IMG/VR virus record: IMGVR_UViG_3300033121_001619
Span: 32,001-96,000 of that record
Origin: a virus
Taxonomy: Duplodnaviria; Caudoviricetes
Direction: 5' to 3' (one strand)
DNA length: 64,000 nt
Shown here: piece after piece, positions 29,725 through 38,453 of the stretch
Numbering within the stretch: the stretch's first letter is position 1
Layout: every line of letters starts with the position of its first letter
Notes under the pieces: model-generated
Told to the model about the DNA's origin: nothing
Databases searched by the model: none
The model's input: only the letters and a program-made list of their open reading frames with translations
Made by a program: the position numbers and the translations under genes

Positions 29725-30764
29725 TTACTCCTCCGAGTGAATTGTGCGATCATGTCTTCGATGGGTCTCATGTCTTTCGAAGACAGGAGGCACTGTGCGT
29801 CGTTCGATGAGTACGACGTCATGGGAAAAGACTTCGGATACATCGACGTGAGACGCTCGACGAGGTCCGACGACCACTGTGGATTCTCCGGGCGTACCAC
29901 GTAGATGTCTCCAGTCGATGTCGACGTCCGAGACGTCTCATAGTGAGTGAGGAGAGACTCGTGTGTCTTCTCACCTCCTCGTGATCCGACGACGACGTAT
30001 TTGAATGGTCTATCGTTCCACCGATATATCGACTCGACGACGTCGAGTGTCGTCGCCGAATTGATCTTTGGCACGAAGATCTCACCACCGATCATGTTCT
30101 CGACGGCGTATGAAACGAGACGTGAGGCAGTCCGGATGGTCATCCAGAAACGAGTCATCTCAGGATCAGTGATCGTGAAGGTGTCGTCATCGGAAAAGTT
30201 TCGAAGGTTTTCCTCGACGGTCTCCACGATGCTACCGCGACTTCCGATGATGTTACCGTACCTGACGCAGGAGAGACGCGTGGCCCTCGAGAAAGAGTTC
30301 GCTCCGATGAAATACTTCTCGGCGAGATTCTTCGTCGAACCATAGACGTTGATGGGATCGACGGCCTTGTCGGTCGACACGTGGACGACCTTCTTGACTC
30401 CCATCTCTACGGCAGCGTTGCACACGTTCATGGAGCCGAGGACGTTCGTCTTGATAGCCTCTTGTGGATTGTACTCACACACGGGAACGTGCTTCAACGC
30501 AGCTGCATTGATCACGACGTCGACCCCGATGAATGCAGTCTTAAGTCTATCCAGATCACGAATGTCTCCCACCAAGAAGTTGACCTTCGACGCCCTGTCT
30601 CCCAGGACGGTTCGAAGCTCCCTCTTCATGTTGAATTGCTTGAACTCATCGCGACTGAAGACGACGAGCTTGTCGAACTCGTCTATGTTACGCACGATGA
30701 ATTCCCTACCGAACGTCCCCGTTCCACCCGTTACGAGGACCGTCTTCTCACGATGTCCGCCCAT
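29721..30764 (-). CDS. pseB: UDP-N-acetylglucosamine 4,6-dehydratase (inverting)
   Basis: TGGTGTFG, FSRDEFKQ, AAALKHVPVCEYNP, STDKAVDPINVYGSTK, RYGNIIGSRGS and MTRFW motifs. Confidence 0.9.
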   Translation of the reverse strand: MGGHREKTVLVTGGTGTFGREFIVRNIDEFDKLVVFSRDEFKQFNMKRELRTVLGDRASKVNFLVGDIRDLDRLKTAFIGVDVVINAAALKHVPVCEYNPQEAIKTNVLGSMNVCNAAVEMGVKKVVHVSTDKAVDPINVYGSTKNLAEKYFIGANSFSRATRLSCVRYGNIIGSRGSIVETVEENLRNFSDDDTFTITDPEMTRFWMTIRTASRLVSYAVENMIGGEIFVPKINSATTLDVVESIYRWNDRPFKYVVVGSRGGEKTHESLLTHYETSRTSTSTGDIYVVRPENPQWSSDLVERLTSMYPKSFPMTSYSSNDAQCLLSSKDMRPIEDMIAQFTRRSK

Positions 30765-31693
30765 GTCTCCCTCACAAATGAATCGATCGTCGATTGATCG
30801 AACGGAGTCGATTCAATGGTAGTGAGACTCAGACCTCCCATACAAATGAAGTCGACGAATTGATCGACCTTCGACGTCTCCCATCGCGTATACCGATCAG
30901 ACCAGACAGGCTTGGTGTAGGACGATGAGTACGAGGGCGCCGTGATATCGTGAAAATCTCTGACGTGAATGAGATCGGTGTAAGCAGAAGTCCCAAAACC
31001 AACGCATGCAGTCGAGGCTGCTGGTAGGAATATGGACTCACTCGGATACCAGACGTCGTCATAGTACGAAGCCGACACGTCACTCGGAATGGATTGATTC
31101 TTTCGGCGCTGTTTCACGTACGTTGGCTGACCCGTCGACCTCACGGCCTCATAGACTCGACGAAACAGCGACTCATGCCCCTCTTCTGGATAGAAAAGCG
31201 TGATGCCGGGCTGAATCGTCAATCCTCGTCTTTCAGCGTACGTCACCGAGTCGGACCACTCCCATATCGAGGGAGGGATAGGAGAACACACTCCCTTGAC
31301 CCCGATCGTTTTTCCGGCGGCGAGGTGATCAGCATCAGTGAAGACGTACGTGGTCCTGTCGTCGGAGTTCCTTGCCAGCGTGAGATAGTCGTATCCATGC
31401 TGGATGCTGACTCGCATGTCGTAATCGGGTTGCGAGACACACTCGACGCAGAAGACCTTTGAGACTCTTCTGACGTGTCGCGTGTCGATCCGCGTGAGAT
31501 CGTTCTCAGCGCATATCTCTTCGAAACGTCGACGATGACGATCGATCGAGTTGTATTTGGTCGACCTAGCGTCGAAAGTGATGGGAACATCGACGTCGAA
31601 TACCCGACGTATCGTCTTGACGACAGGAACGGCGTATCGGAGACTAGTCATGTCTCCGACGTGAAAAGCTACGTCAAGACTTACGTTTGCCAT
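30731..31693 (-). CDS. hypothetical protein, possibly a GT-B fold nonulosonate transferase
   Basis: 320-aa ORF directly upstream of pseB, with a QHG motif. The function is inferred from context only. Confidence 0.55.
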   Translation of the reverse strand: MANVSLDVAFHVGDMTSLRYAVPVVKTIRRVFDVDVPITFDARSTKYNSIDRHRRRFEEICAENDLTRIDTRHVRRVSKVFCVECVSQPDYDMRVSIQHGYDYLTLARNSDDRTTYVFTDADHLAAGKTIGVKGVCSPIPPSIWEWSDSVTYAERRGLTIQPGITLFYPEEGHESLFRRVYEAVRSTGQPTYVKQRRKNQSIPSDVSASYYDDVWYPSESIFLPAASTACVGFGTSAYTDLIHVRDFHDITAPSYSSSYTKPVWSDRYTRWETSKVDQFVDFICMGGLSLTTIESTPFDQSTIDSFVRETWADIVRRRSS

Positions 31694-32297
31694 TTAGGAA
31701 GCAGTATTTGTACGACCGTTCGCCCCAGAGTTCGAGATCGAATCGTCTCGTCAGCATGTTGATCGCGTAATCGATGTTCATGTTGGGAACGTGCTCGTTA
31801 TGGACTTCCATCACGAAGGACTCCACTTTGTCGAAGAACCCGGTGTCGATGAGCTCGTACTCACCTCCCTCGATGTTCACCTTCGCGAAATCTATCATGA
31901 CGGGAAGCACGGATCGATGATCGTACGTCTTCACGGGTGTCGGGATCGAAGGCCCATACCGACCGGATCGATCGCTGAAGAGGTTTCCTGATTGGTCATC
32001 GTCGTCGTCGAGCAAGTGAAACATGCGCGTTCCCGACTTAGACGTGAGGGCTCCGTCGAGGATGTGGGTGATGATGTCTGATCTAGAGAATCTCTCCATG
32101 GCCTCGATCACGTGAGGAAAACATCGAGGTGAGGGTTCGATCATGTAGTAGACGGATCCGCTGGGGAGAGAACTAGCGAATGCTTCGAGTCCCTCTCCGT
32201 GCCGGGCTCCTAGGTCGACGACGAGACTCGGAGTCAAGAGGCGATCCTTCGTCATCTCCCTGCACGCGTGATAGATGTCCGAGTATTTACGCATCAC
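31674..32297 (-). CDS. FkbM family methyltransferase
   Basis: VVDLGARHG, IEP, IDFAKVNIEGGEY and MEVH motifs. Confidence 0.85.
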   Translation of the reverse strand: MMRKYSDIYHACREMTKDRLLTPSLVVDLGARHGEGLEAFASSLPSGSVYYMIEPSPRCFPHVIEAMERFSRSDIITHILDGALTSKSGTRMFHLLDDDDDQSGNLFSDRSGRYGPSIPTPVKTYDHRSVLPVMIDFAKVNIEGGEYELIDTGFFDKVESFVMEVHNEHVPNMNIDYAINMLTRRFDLELWGERSYKYCFLNGKRKS

Positions 32298-32949
32298 TCT
32301 TTTCTTTTGGTCCTACTATCGTCAGAGTGTAAAGCTGTGGACTGTCTTCCCATAGGGTCACGTGTTCGATGTCCAAGCAGTCGTAATTGACTATACAGGG
32401 CACTTCCCTCGACACGACGTCGGAGAGGGAATCGCGAGCATATGATGCTCGCGTCGACTTCACGCGATCCCAAAAGAGAGACACGACGGGATCTGACTCC
32501 CATTCGTCACGCCACATGCACGACCACAGGAAGTTTTCATCATCGTAGGCATTCTCGTGCTCCTCGGTCTCGATGTCGAACCAGCCGACCCTGTACGTCG
32601 GATATCGCCAGTGATCTCCCAGACCCCAGTCGACCAGGGCGACTCCGCCGGCACGAAGGCTCTTCCTGATCCTACCGATGAAATTCCCTGGGCTAGCTGA
32701 GAAGTACGCACAGCGTGTGCACACGATGACGTCGACGCTAGCCTTCTCCAGAGGCCAATCTTCACTGTTGATGTCCCAATTTCCTAGCGATCGATCGAAG
32801 AACGCGTAGTTGCGTCCAGGAATACTCCTCGACACAGCATTATGGTCAGGCTGTCCTAGACACACAACATTCTCTATCGACGTCCTGGGTAGGTTGCGCC
32901 TTAGGATGTCGATGTACTTGGGCATGATGAGGGGATCGGATCTGCCCAT
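32287..32949 (-). CDS. putative class I SAM-dependent methyltransferase
   Basis: DVIVCTRCAYF...RKSLRAGGVALVD. Confidence 0.6.
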   Translation of the reverse strand: MGRSDPLIMPKYIDILRRNLPRTSIENVVCLGQPDHNAVSRSIPGRNYAFFDRSLGNWDINSEDWPLEKASVDVIVCTRCAYFSASPGNFIGRIRKSLRAGGVALVDWGLGDHWRYPTYRVGWFDIETEEHENAYDDENFLWSCMWRDEWESDPVVSLFWDRVKSTRASYARDSLSDVVSREVPCIVNYDCLDIEHVTLWEDSPQLYTLTIVGPKEKSDA

Positions 32950-32950
32950 C

Positions 32951-33658
32951 TTACGTCATCTCCATCATGTGACCGAAACTCACGTTCGGGATCCTCTTCA
33001 GCCACTGGACCAACTCGCGAGCCTTGTCGAGATCGAAGTGATTCTTGTCCCACTCGCATGCATGATAGACCACGACGACGTCGCCTTCCGGGACGTCGTT
33101 CAAAGGATCGAAGGGCGGATTGTGAGTGTATTTGACGACGTCTGATCCGACGTCCTCTCCGTCGTACGTCTTGACCGCGTAGTCCTTTGGAGAGAGCGCG
33201 AGTACTCGAAATCCTAGACGCCTAGCAACCCGGATAGAATCACGGGACATCCTCCACGCAGGCGGTCTGAATATGGGCCTGAAGACCCCCGATAGTCCGG
33301 CCTCACTCACTTCGACACCCATCGTCAGGAATTTCTCTTGAGCCTGATCCGCCGTCAGGTCTCGAAACTCGTCGTTGTCGCTCATACCTGGGATACCGTG
33401 GTAGTGACCGTGATATCCCACCTCGAATCTCGTCGCAGAGAGTGCCCGAAGCTCATCACAAAACTGAGAGTGATGAGTCAAGTAAAGTGGGTGGGACGTC
33501 GTGGTGTCAGGTTTGATGGTCCGCCAGTATGCCGTGGGAACGAATAGAGTGAATTTCGCGTCGGGAAACGATCGAATCACCTCGGCGCACGACGCTAGGA
33601 TGGCCAGAGACGATCTAGGGTGAGGAGAGACGTCATCTATGCTGATGTTTACTCTCAT
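32951..33658 (-). CDS. polysaccharide deacetylase (DUF2334/NodB-like)
   Basis: ISIDD, TLFVP, GYHGHYH and FRPPAW motifs. Confidence 0.85.
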   Translation of the reverse strand: MRVNISIDDVSPHPRSSLAILASCAEVIRSFPDAKFTLFVPTAYWRTIKPDTTTSHPLYLTHHSQFCDELRALSATRFEVGYHGHYHGIPGMSDNDEFRDLTADQAQEKFLTMGVEVSEAGLSGVFRPIFRPPAWRMSRDSIRVARRLGFRVLALSPKDYAVKTYDGEDVGSDVVKYTHNPPFDPLNDVPEGDVVVVYHACEWDKNHFDLDKARELVQWLKRIPNVSFGHMMEMT

Positions 33659-34626
33659 GCCGTCACCATCCACTCGAAACGGTCCACGTAGTCTCGTGCG
33701 AGATCGATCGTGGATCTGGTCACCTGATTCCATTCGCCAGGAGACATCGATGATGCTAGCTGGAATAGTCGTTCTCGGCAGTGCATCAAGATATCGTGAG
33801 CGTCCTGTTCGTTGTCACACATCACACCGCGTCCTAGACAGTACTCCTCGATGCTTCCTCCGTTAGCGATGTGGATGACAGGAAGACCTATCGCCATGGC
33901 TTCAAGGACGTGATTAGCACCGGCCTCTGCTTCCGATGCAGTCAAGTAGACGTCGTGTTTTGGAAGCTCTCGACAGAGTCCTTCGACGTCGAGAGGCTGG
34001 ACGTGGTTTCTCAAGACGCATTCACTTGGTTTCCTTCCTATGAAAGTGAATTCCACGCCCAAGGATCGACTGATCGTGTCGATCATCTGGTAGGACCTGA
34101 ATCCCTTGCGATGATTGTCTGACCAGTGGTGAGTGACCACGCGGAGTTCGTCGGCATTCCTGAAATCTCGCGTCCTCCTGCACGCTGAGAGGAAACGCGG
34201 ATCAGCCTCGTTTCTAATCACCACTGAGTGAATGCTCTCGAAGAGTGAACCAGGAGAGATTGGATGAAAAGCCAAACTCATGTACTTCTTCGCCCAGGTG
34301 CTCGGATATATCACCAGATCGACTCGCTGAATGACGTCGTTCACCATCCATGTCAGATCAGGTTTACCGTGAGATCCCACGTCTCCGACGCGAAGAACGA
34401 TCCGAGCGGCGTCAAAGCGAGCTCTCTCGATGAAATAATCGGCGGCAAGTCCATCCTTCGGTCGCGGATCGACGATGTACATGAGATCGATCTTTCCACC
34501 CGAATCATCTCCCTCGAAAGTCACCGAATGACCACGACGCTGCGCCTCGTCGACGACGGCCCTAAGGACCTTCGATCCTCCTCCCCACGGACCGTCGACC
34601 GGTCGTCTATTGAAGTGAAATCTCAT
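33655..34626 (-). CDS. glycosyltransferase family 4
   Basis: GPWGGG N-terminus; KGF; YLTASEAEAGANHVLEAMAIGLPV. Confidence 0.88.
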   Translation of the reverse strand: MRFHFNRRPVDGPWGGGSKVLRAVVDEAQRRGHSVTFEGDDSGGKIDLMYIVDPRPKDGLAADYFIERARFDAARIVLRVGDVGSHGKPDLTWMVNDVIQRVDLVIYPSTWAKKYMSLAFHPISPGSLFESIHSVVIRNEADPRFLSACRRTRDFRNADELRVVTHHWSDNHRKGFRSYQMIDTISRSLGVEFTFIGRKPSECVLRNHVQPLDVEGLCRELPKHDVYLTASEAEAGANHVLEAMAIGLPVIHIANGGSIEEYCLGRGVMCDNEQDAHDILMHCRERLFQLASSMSPGEWNQVTRSTIDLARDYVDRFEWMVTA

Positions 34627-34856
34627 CACTGACCACCGAACCAAAAACCACGACCTAGGTCGTTCACCCAAGTCGATGACATGCGACCCATGATGAGATA
34701 ATGGGACGGAACTTCCCTAAATCTCCACGATTCGATCTCCTCGTAGTCCTTGACGTCTTCGCCCATCCCTTCGCACCACACCACTAGCGCGTCTTTCTCG
34801 TCGCATGCTATCACGTAGTCGTGGTCATCGTTGCGATACATCTTCATTTCTATCAC
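34626..34856 (-). CDS. small hypothetical protein
   Basis: 76-aa ORF coupled to both neighbours by overlaps. Confidence 0.55.
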   Translation of the reverse strand: MIEMKMYRNDDHDYVIACDEKDALVVWCEGMGEDVKDYEEIESWRFREVPSHYLIMGRMSSTWVNDLGRGFWFGGQ

Positions 34857-35551
34857 CGCATGATGAGGACCTGACCGTAGTCGATGTCGTCGTCTGACAG
34901 CCTACGATCATCTACGAACACACGACGATCCATGATGACCAATTCCTTCTCCATGTCGATTCGATCGATGACAGCGGCGCACTCGATATCTTTCTCTCTC
35001 TTCGTCGGGAGATGGTAGTCGTCGAACAGGATCACCTTGTTGAAGCGATCCTTGCATAGTTGCCAATCCGATTCGACGCCCAGCTCGGTGTGATCACCAT
35101 CAACGTAGATCATGTCGTACGATCCCAGCGTCGGGAGGACGTCGGATGACTTTCCCTCCACGAGATTGATGCGACTCGTGATCGCACCGGGAAAGATGTA
35201 TCGTATCCTCTTCCAGTGCTCGACGTCTTGTTTCACGTCGATGGACGTGACATGACTCCACGGATCTTGTTTTTCAGACATGGCCCAGGCTGCACACAGC
35301 GCCGAGTAGCCTCGTCCTGTTCCGATCTCGAGATACGACGATATGTTGAGGGAGCGTATCAACGCGTAGATTAGCAGCCCTCTCTCGTAATTCGGTCGAT
35401 AGTAGCGTCCGGCGGTGGCGTAAAGAGCGGACCCCAGATGACGTTCTTTCTTGGCAGTCATCTCTCCTATCGAGTCGAAATCTCCCAGCTTGAGAGACTC
35501 GACGGGATATCCTAGATCCTTCAGTTTTTGGACGATGTGAACTTTCTTCAT
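34853..35551 (-). CDS. class I SAM methyltransferase (Methyltransf_24)
   Basis: YLEIGTGRGYS, MIYVDGDH and ILFDDY motifs. Confidence 0.88.
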   Translation of the reverse strand: MKKVHIVQKLKDLGYPVESLKLGDFDSIGEMTAKKERHLGSALYATAGRYYRPNYERGLLIYALIRSLNISSYLEIGTGRGYSALCAAWAMSEKQDPWSHVTSIDVKQDVEHWKRIRYIFPGAITSRINLVEGKSSDVLPTLGSYDMIYVDGDHTELGVESDWQLCKDRFNKVILFDDYHLPTKREKDIECAAVIDRIDMEKELVIMDRRVFVDDRRLSDDDIDYGQVLIMR

Positions 35552-36435
35552 CGGATGAAAAATCTCCTGTAGGGAGAGAAACCTGGATCGATCTTCATGT
35601 GATTGACGTCTGGTATGCTGGGAGTGGCCAAGGTCAAGTCGTCATTGATCGACTTCGGTGGCAAGACATTGCGAGCTATGCCGACATCACGAGATACTAC
35701 CGGTGTCGATGTCAGGCCACACTCGATCAGTGACTGTGGACCGCCCTCGTGTCGTGACGATACGACGTAGAGATCGCACGCCTGATACAGATCATTGACG
35801 ACGTCCAACGAGGGCCTCTCGAAATACGTGTAAGGGATGGAAGCGGATATCAGTCTAGACAAGACGTACTGACGACGCCAACCTGCTAGGAGGACGTGCA
35901 CATCCTTTCCAGAAGACCTCAACCACTCGACGTGATCGGCGAAAAGATCCGGTCCCTTCTCTAGCTTCGGGGATCGACCGTCACTTCCCTCGGTGTCTCT
36001 CTGGAAGCTTCCGACCACGTACGAATTCGTCGGTAGACCGTATTTGACTTTTGCTTCGTTCACGGACATGGAACGCTTGAACAGATCTCCATTTGCCCAA
36101 TAAGGCAGTGCCGTCACGGGTTTGGACGTCCACTTCCTCATGAAGTTCGCGGTGTCGTCCCCGTACGTGAGATACTCCGATGCAATGGCATCGCGTCTCA
36201 TGAATTCTTGGGGATCGAATTTCTCGGGGACTATGTGGTGGACCGTCACGACGACACGTTTCCAAGACAACTTCTCGCGAGGTATGGAATTCCACTTCCA
36301 GCCAGCCAGGATCCAGACTGTATCTGCAGCGTCCAAGTCGCTCGTGGTGATGTCGGGATTCCAGACATTCCACTCAGAGACTAGTCGATCGACTATCCAA
36401 TCCTCGCCGGCAGGAAGAGTGTATACCTTCGTCAC
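35548..36435 (-). CDS. glycosyltransferase family 4
   Basis: GSFQRD...EKGPD and LYVVSSRHEGGPQSLIECG. GTGA-coupled start. Confidence 0.88.
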   Translation of the reverse strand: MTKVYTLPAGEDWIVDRLVSEWNVWNPDITTSDLDAADTVWILAGWKWNSIPREKLSWKRVVVTVHHIVPEKFDPQEFMRRDAIASEYLTYGDDTANFMRKWTSKPVTALPYWANGDLFKRSMSVNEAKVKYGLPTNSYVVGSFQRDTEGSDGRSPKLEKGPDLFADHVEWLRSSGKDVHVLLAGWRRQYVLSRLISASIPYTYFERPSLDVVNDLYQACDLYVVSSRHEGGPQSLIECGLTSTPVVSRDVGIARNVLPPKSINDDLTLATPSIPDVNHMKIDPGFSPYRRFFIR

Positions 36436-36791
36436 GATCGCTTCTTTACCGTCGCAGCGTACGCTCTTCCGAGAGGAGAATCCTTGAAGATGATGGCCAA
36501 TAGAGCTAGCTCCTTCGTCTCCACGCACTCCGGCCAGATCCGTTTCGTGAAAATGTCACCAGGAACTTCCTGACCAGGAACTTCGATGCAATCGTACATC
36601 ATCTGAGCTGCCATATTCAGTGCGTCATTCGTGAGAGTGACTCCCGATTGTGACATGACCTCAGCGAGAGAGGAATAGATCGTCGTGTACATACTCATGG
36701 CAGTATGACGATCCATCTTCTCACCGATGAACACACGAAGCCTCTCATTCAAAAGCTTCTTGATCGCCTCGCCGGAATCTGACATCTTCAT
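36432..36791 (-). CDS. hypothetical protein
   Basis: 119-aa ORF within the operon. Confidence 0.65.
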   Translation of the reverse strand: MKMSDSGEAIKKLLNERLRVFIGEKMDRHTAMSMYTTIYSSLAEVMSQSGVTLTNDALNMAAQMMYDCIEVPGQEVPGDIFTKRIWPECVETKELALLAIIFKDSPLGRAYAATVKKRS

Positions 36792-36801
36792 GTGAGCAAT
36801 C

Positions 36802-37722
36802 TTATGACGTCATCGCGTCGACGTATTTACTAGCTGCAACGATCACGTCGACTGACGAATCGATCACGTTGACGGATCGACGAGAGAAATCCATCTTCGG
36901 GGGTGAGTAGAGGTCGATCGGACGAAAATCCCACTCATCCTCTTCGATGAGGATCGCACCTCTTCCTGCCACTTCCTTCGTCCCTCCCGTGGAAGAGACG
37001 ACGATCTTGCAACCAGAAGCACGAGCATCGACCACGACGTTGGGACAGTGATCGAGATACGCCAGATGGACGAACGTATCGCAGGACTTGTAGATGGATA
37101 TGCATTCCTTCCACGAGAGATCACCAGAGAAGGCGACACGTTTACCGACAGGTGACGACTTGACGAAGGACACGACGTCGTCGGAGGTTTTTCCCAAAAC
37201 GATCATGTAGTGATCGTCAGGTGCGAATTCGTGGAAATAACTGATGTCATCCAGGAGTCTCTTGTGAGGACGCCAGTGGCTCGAACAGCACCAGATCTTC
37301 TTGCCGAGGTGTCTGAGTGCCTCGTGAGGCTGTATGGCACGAATCGTCTCGAGATCGGTCCCGTTGTTGATGACTCGAACGTCGCGATGAGAACCAAAGT
37401 ACGCCTCTGTTAGACGCTTGTTGAATTCCGTCTGACACACGACTGTGTCGCATTCGTTGTACGTCTTCTCGATCAACGAATTCTGTGATCTCCAGTCTGA
37501 CTTCGAGTTGAAATAGATGCCGTCTAGACGCAGGACGTGCTTTTTGGCAGTCGACAACATGTTGTTGGTCTGGATGAACGTCAGTTGGGCATCGACTCCG
37601 TGTGTCGGCGGAGATGTGTGCACCGTGTGACCTAGACGTCCTAGCTCGCGACACAAGTTTCTGGCGAAGCTGTTGGGTCCAGAAGAAGACGTCAGGTTGA
37701 CGTTGTCGACGTATACGTTCAT
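36802..37722 (-). CDS. glycosyltransferase family 4
   Basis: SSSGPNSF, RLDG, WRPHKRL and HLAYLDHCPNVVVDARASG motifs. Confidence 0.88.
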   Translation of the reverse strand: MNVYVDNVNLTSSSGPNSFARNLCRELGRLGHTVHTSPPTHGVDAQLTFIQTNNMLSTAKKHVLRLDGIYFNSKSDWRSQNSLIEKTYNECDTVVCQTEFNKRLTEAYFGSHRDVRVINNGTDLETIRAIQPHEALRHLGKKIWCCSSHWRPHKRLLDDISYFHEFAPDDHYMIVLGKTSDDVVSFVKSSPVGKRVAFSGDLSWKECISIYKSCDTFVHLAYLDHCPNVVVDARASGCKIVVSSTGGTKEVAGRGAILIEEDEWDFRPIDLYSPPKMDFSRRSVNVIDSSVDVIVAASKYVDAMTS

Positions 37723-38453
37723 TCCACGTAACCTCGCTCCCTGATCCACTCCGCTGAAGTCTTCTGTCGAATCGATCGATCGTTCGTGAATAGATCCGGT
37801 CGGGCGAGGTCGATGTCGTAGTGGTACGCTACCACGGGAACGAAAACTAGCGATCTTCCGAGCGAAGAGGCGCGATGCATCATGGGCAAGAAGACGGCTT
37901 GATCACATGCGATGGTGATGTATTCTCCGTTCTCATCCTTGAAATTCCCATCGGGAATGTCTCGTAGATTGCATGCACGAAACGTCTTCAAGTGACTCGA
38001 TACCCAAGGATGCTGATACACGGTCTGGTGTGGATTCAGACGCATGGGTCCGGATATGTTGTTTGACGTGTATCCCCACCGGTGGGCAGTCCATGCTACC
38101 GCGACGTTGCGATCGGAATAGACCCGTTTCAGGAGAACGAGGAGATCGTTCTCCACGAGCCAGTCGCCGCCATCGAGACGACAGACGACGTCGTCATCGT
38201 CGATCGATCTCAGACTGACCAGCGTGTTTCGAACTTCTCCGTGTTTCTCCGTGTTCCTCACGTGAGTGAATTTCGACCGATATCGATCGGGTAGTGTCGT
38301 GACGACCTGATCGACGATATCCGGCGTGGAATCGGTGGACATGTCATCGATGACGATGGCTCGCCAGTCGTCGCTAGACTGTGCCAACATCGAGAACAAC
38401 GTCTTCTCGATGTTTGAGCCGGTGTTGTAGTACGGTACCACGAAAGTGAACAT
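37719..38453 (-). CDS. glycosyltransferase family 2
   Basis: FVVPYYN, IDDMSTD and RLDGGDWL motifs. Confidence 0.88.
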   Translation of the reverse strand: MFTFVVPYYNTGSNIEKTLFSMLAQSSDDWRAIVIDDMSTDSTPDIVDQVVTTLPDRYRSKFTHVRNTEKHGEVRNTLVSLRSIDDDDVVCRLDGGDWLVENDLLVLLKRVYSDRNVAVAWTAHRWGYTSNNISGPMRLNPHQTVYQHPWVSSHLKTFRACNLRDIPDGNFKDENGEYITIACDQAVFLPMMHRASSLGRSLVFVPVVAYHYDIDLARPDLFTNDRSIRQKTSAEWIRERGYVE

